This document shows positions 63,135-64,000 of a stretch of 64,000 nucleotides of DNA, in pieces; positions within the stretch are counted from its first letter, which is position 1; each line of letters begins with the position of its first letter. Under the pieces are notes generated by a model, which saw only the letters and a program-made list of their open reading frames with translations, was not told the DNA's origin and did not search any database. The position numbers were made by a program, and so were the translations under genes. Source of the stretch: Lama glama (taxonomy: Eukaryota). Location: the NCBI GenBank assembly GCA_028534125.1, contig CM052832.1, forward strand, positions 20,462,001-20,526,000, written 5' to 3'.

Positions 63135-63240
63135 TCTCCTCCTACTTCTCTCTTCCTCCTTAACTGTCTCACTTCCTTCCTCCCTTCCTTCCTTTCTTCT
63201 TCCTTCTCCATTTTTCCCCTTCCTCCATTCAGCCCTTTAT
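63135..63240. repeat. CT-rich low-complexity (TTCC-like) tract
   Basis: Seen directly. Confidence 0.8.
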
Positions 63241-63772
63241 TTTGCTCTTTTATGGGAAAAATAGCGAGCAAATAATGGTAAACACATTTTAAAAGGTGAT
63301 AATTAAGAGGTGAACCCCATATGCTTGGCCTGTAGTGGAAATGTATATTTTTAAAGAAAAAAGGCACTTAATAGAAAGGACCATGTCTATGGTAGGAGGC
63401 ACACTAAAGAAAATGCATAAATGTGAATACTATATATTTGATAAAATGTGATTAATTCTTCACATATAAGGAATGACATCATAGGTTGCATACAACTGAG
63501 TAGGAGGGTTTGAAAGTTTTTTGCACCAATTCACTATCTAATTTCCTCAAACATTAGCCTTATCCATACTAAAATAAATTTTACACATCCTTGTCCACAT
63601 GATGATTGGCAGAAACTTGCAGGTAGAGCATACAGGTTATAAAGAAAGAATCATCTTCAAAGGGGAAAACATTTCATTTCTATTTCAATTGCTAAACCTT
63701 CAAATTAGTTGCAGTATAACACTTGGAAAAATGTTAGTTAACATTCACAGGCAGAAATATTACTTGGTGTAA

Positions 63773-63816
63773 AGTGTGTGTGTCTCTACGCACATGTGTG
63801 TGTGCACATGTGTGTG
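63773..63816. repeat. Imperfect (TG)n repeat
   Basis: GTGTGTGTGT...CACATGTGTGTGTGCACATGTGTGTG. Confidence 0.8.
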
Positions 63817-64000
63817 TAAACTTCTGTCTAATCACCACTGCTTACCTTCACTTTGACATTTACATGGACTTTGGTGATGGCATTTATACTTAACAATATT
63901 CTTAACACATATCCTACAATGTTATTCTCAAAAGGAGCTCTTAGTAAATATTCGTCAAGGATAAGGAATTTGTCAAGGAAGCTAATATTGGCTTTGACTT

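Noticed and set aside
1..64000. Prokaryotic-type systems (CRISPR arrays, operons, defence islands)
   Set aside because: The DNA is mammalian, the longest ORF is 152 aa, and there is no repeat-spacer array.

Overview
This window is AT-rich eutherian (placental mammal) genomic DNA, not prokaryotic. It is most likely camelid or at least cetartiodactyl. That call rests on the young L1 3' ends (CATAATGTCCCAGTCATG-type tails at about 22.4 and 24.8 kb), a Tigger1 deletion derivative, and no visible Alu, BovB/Bov-tA, PRE1, SINEC or ERE elements. I find no protein-coding gene, tRNA, rRNA or CRISPR array. The ORF track shows only chance ORFs and decayed LINE-1 ORF1/ORF2 pieces. The window looks intronic or intergenic and is filled with ancient repeats (MIR, L2, CR1/L3, hAT-Charlie and Tigger MITEs, MaLR LTRs) plus several L1 relics. 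All repeat family names come from memory of consensus sequences and boundaries are approximate. The points most worth follow-up are: (1) two internally deleted L1s, one with a ~260-bp monomer array in its 5' UTR and an in-frame ORF1/ORF2 junction, and one ORF1-only element with putative TSDs, an ~90-bp ORF2 island and a terminal tail; (2) a chain of short candidate exons on the minus strand, suggesting 5'-UTR or lncRNA exons; (3) local duplications and palindromes, including an inverted TEAD-motif pair; (4) a small CpG/FOX/ETS cluster near 12.2 kb. I cannot support a claim of a wholly new biological system from the sequence alone.
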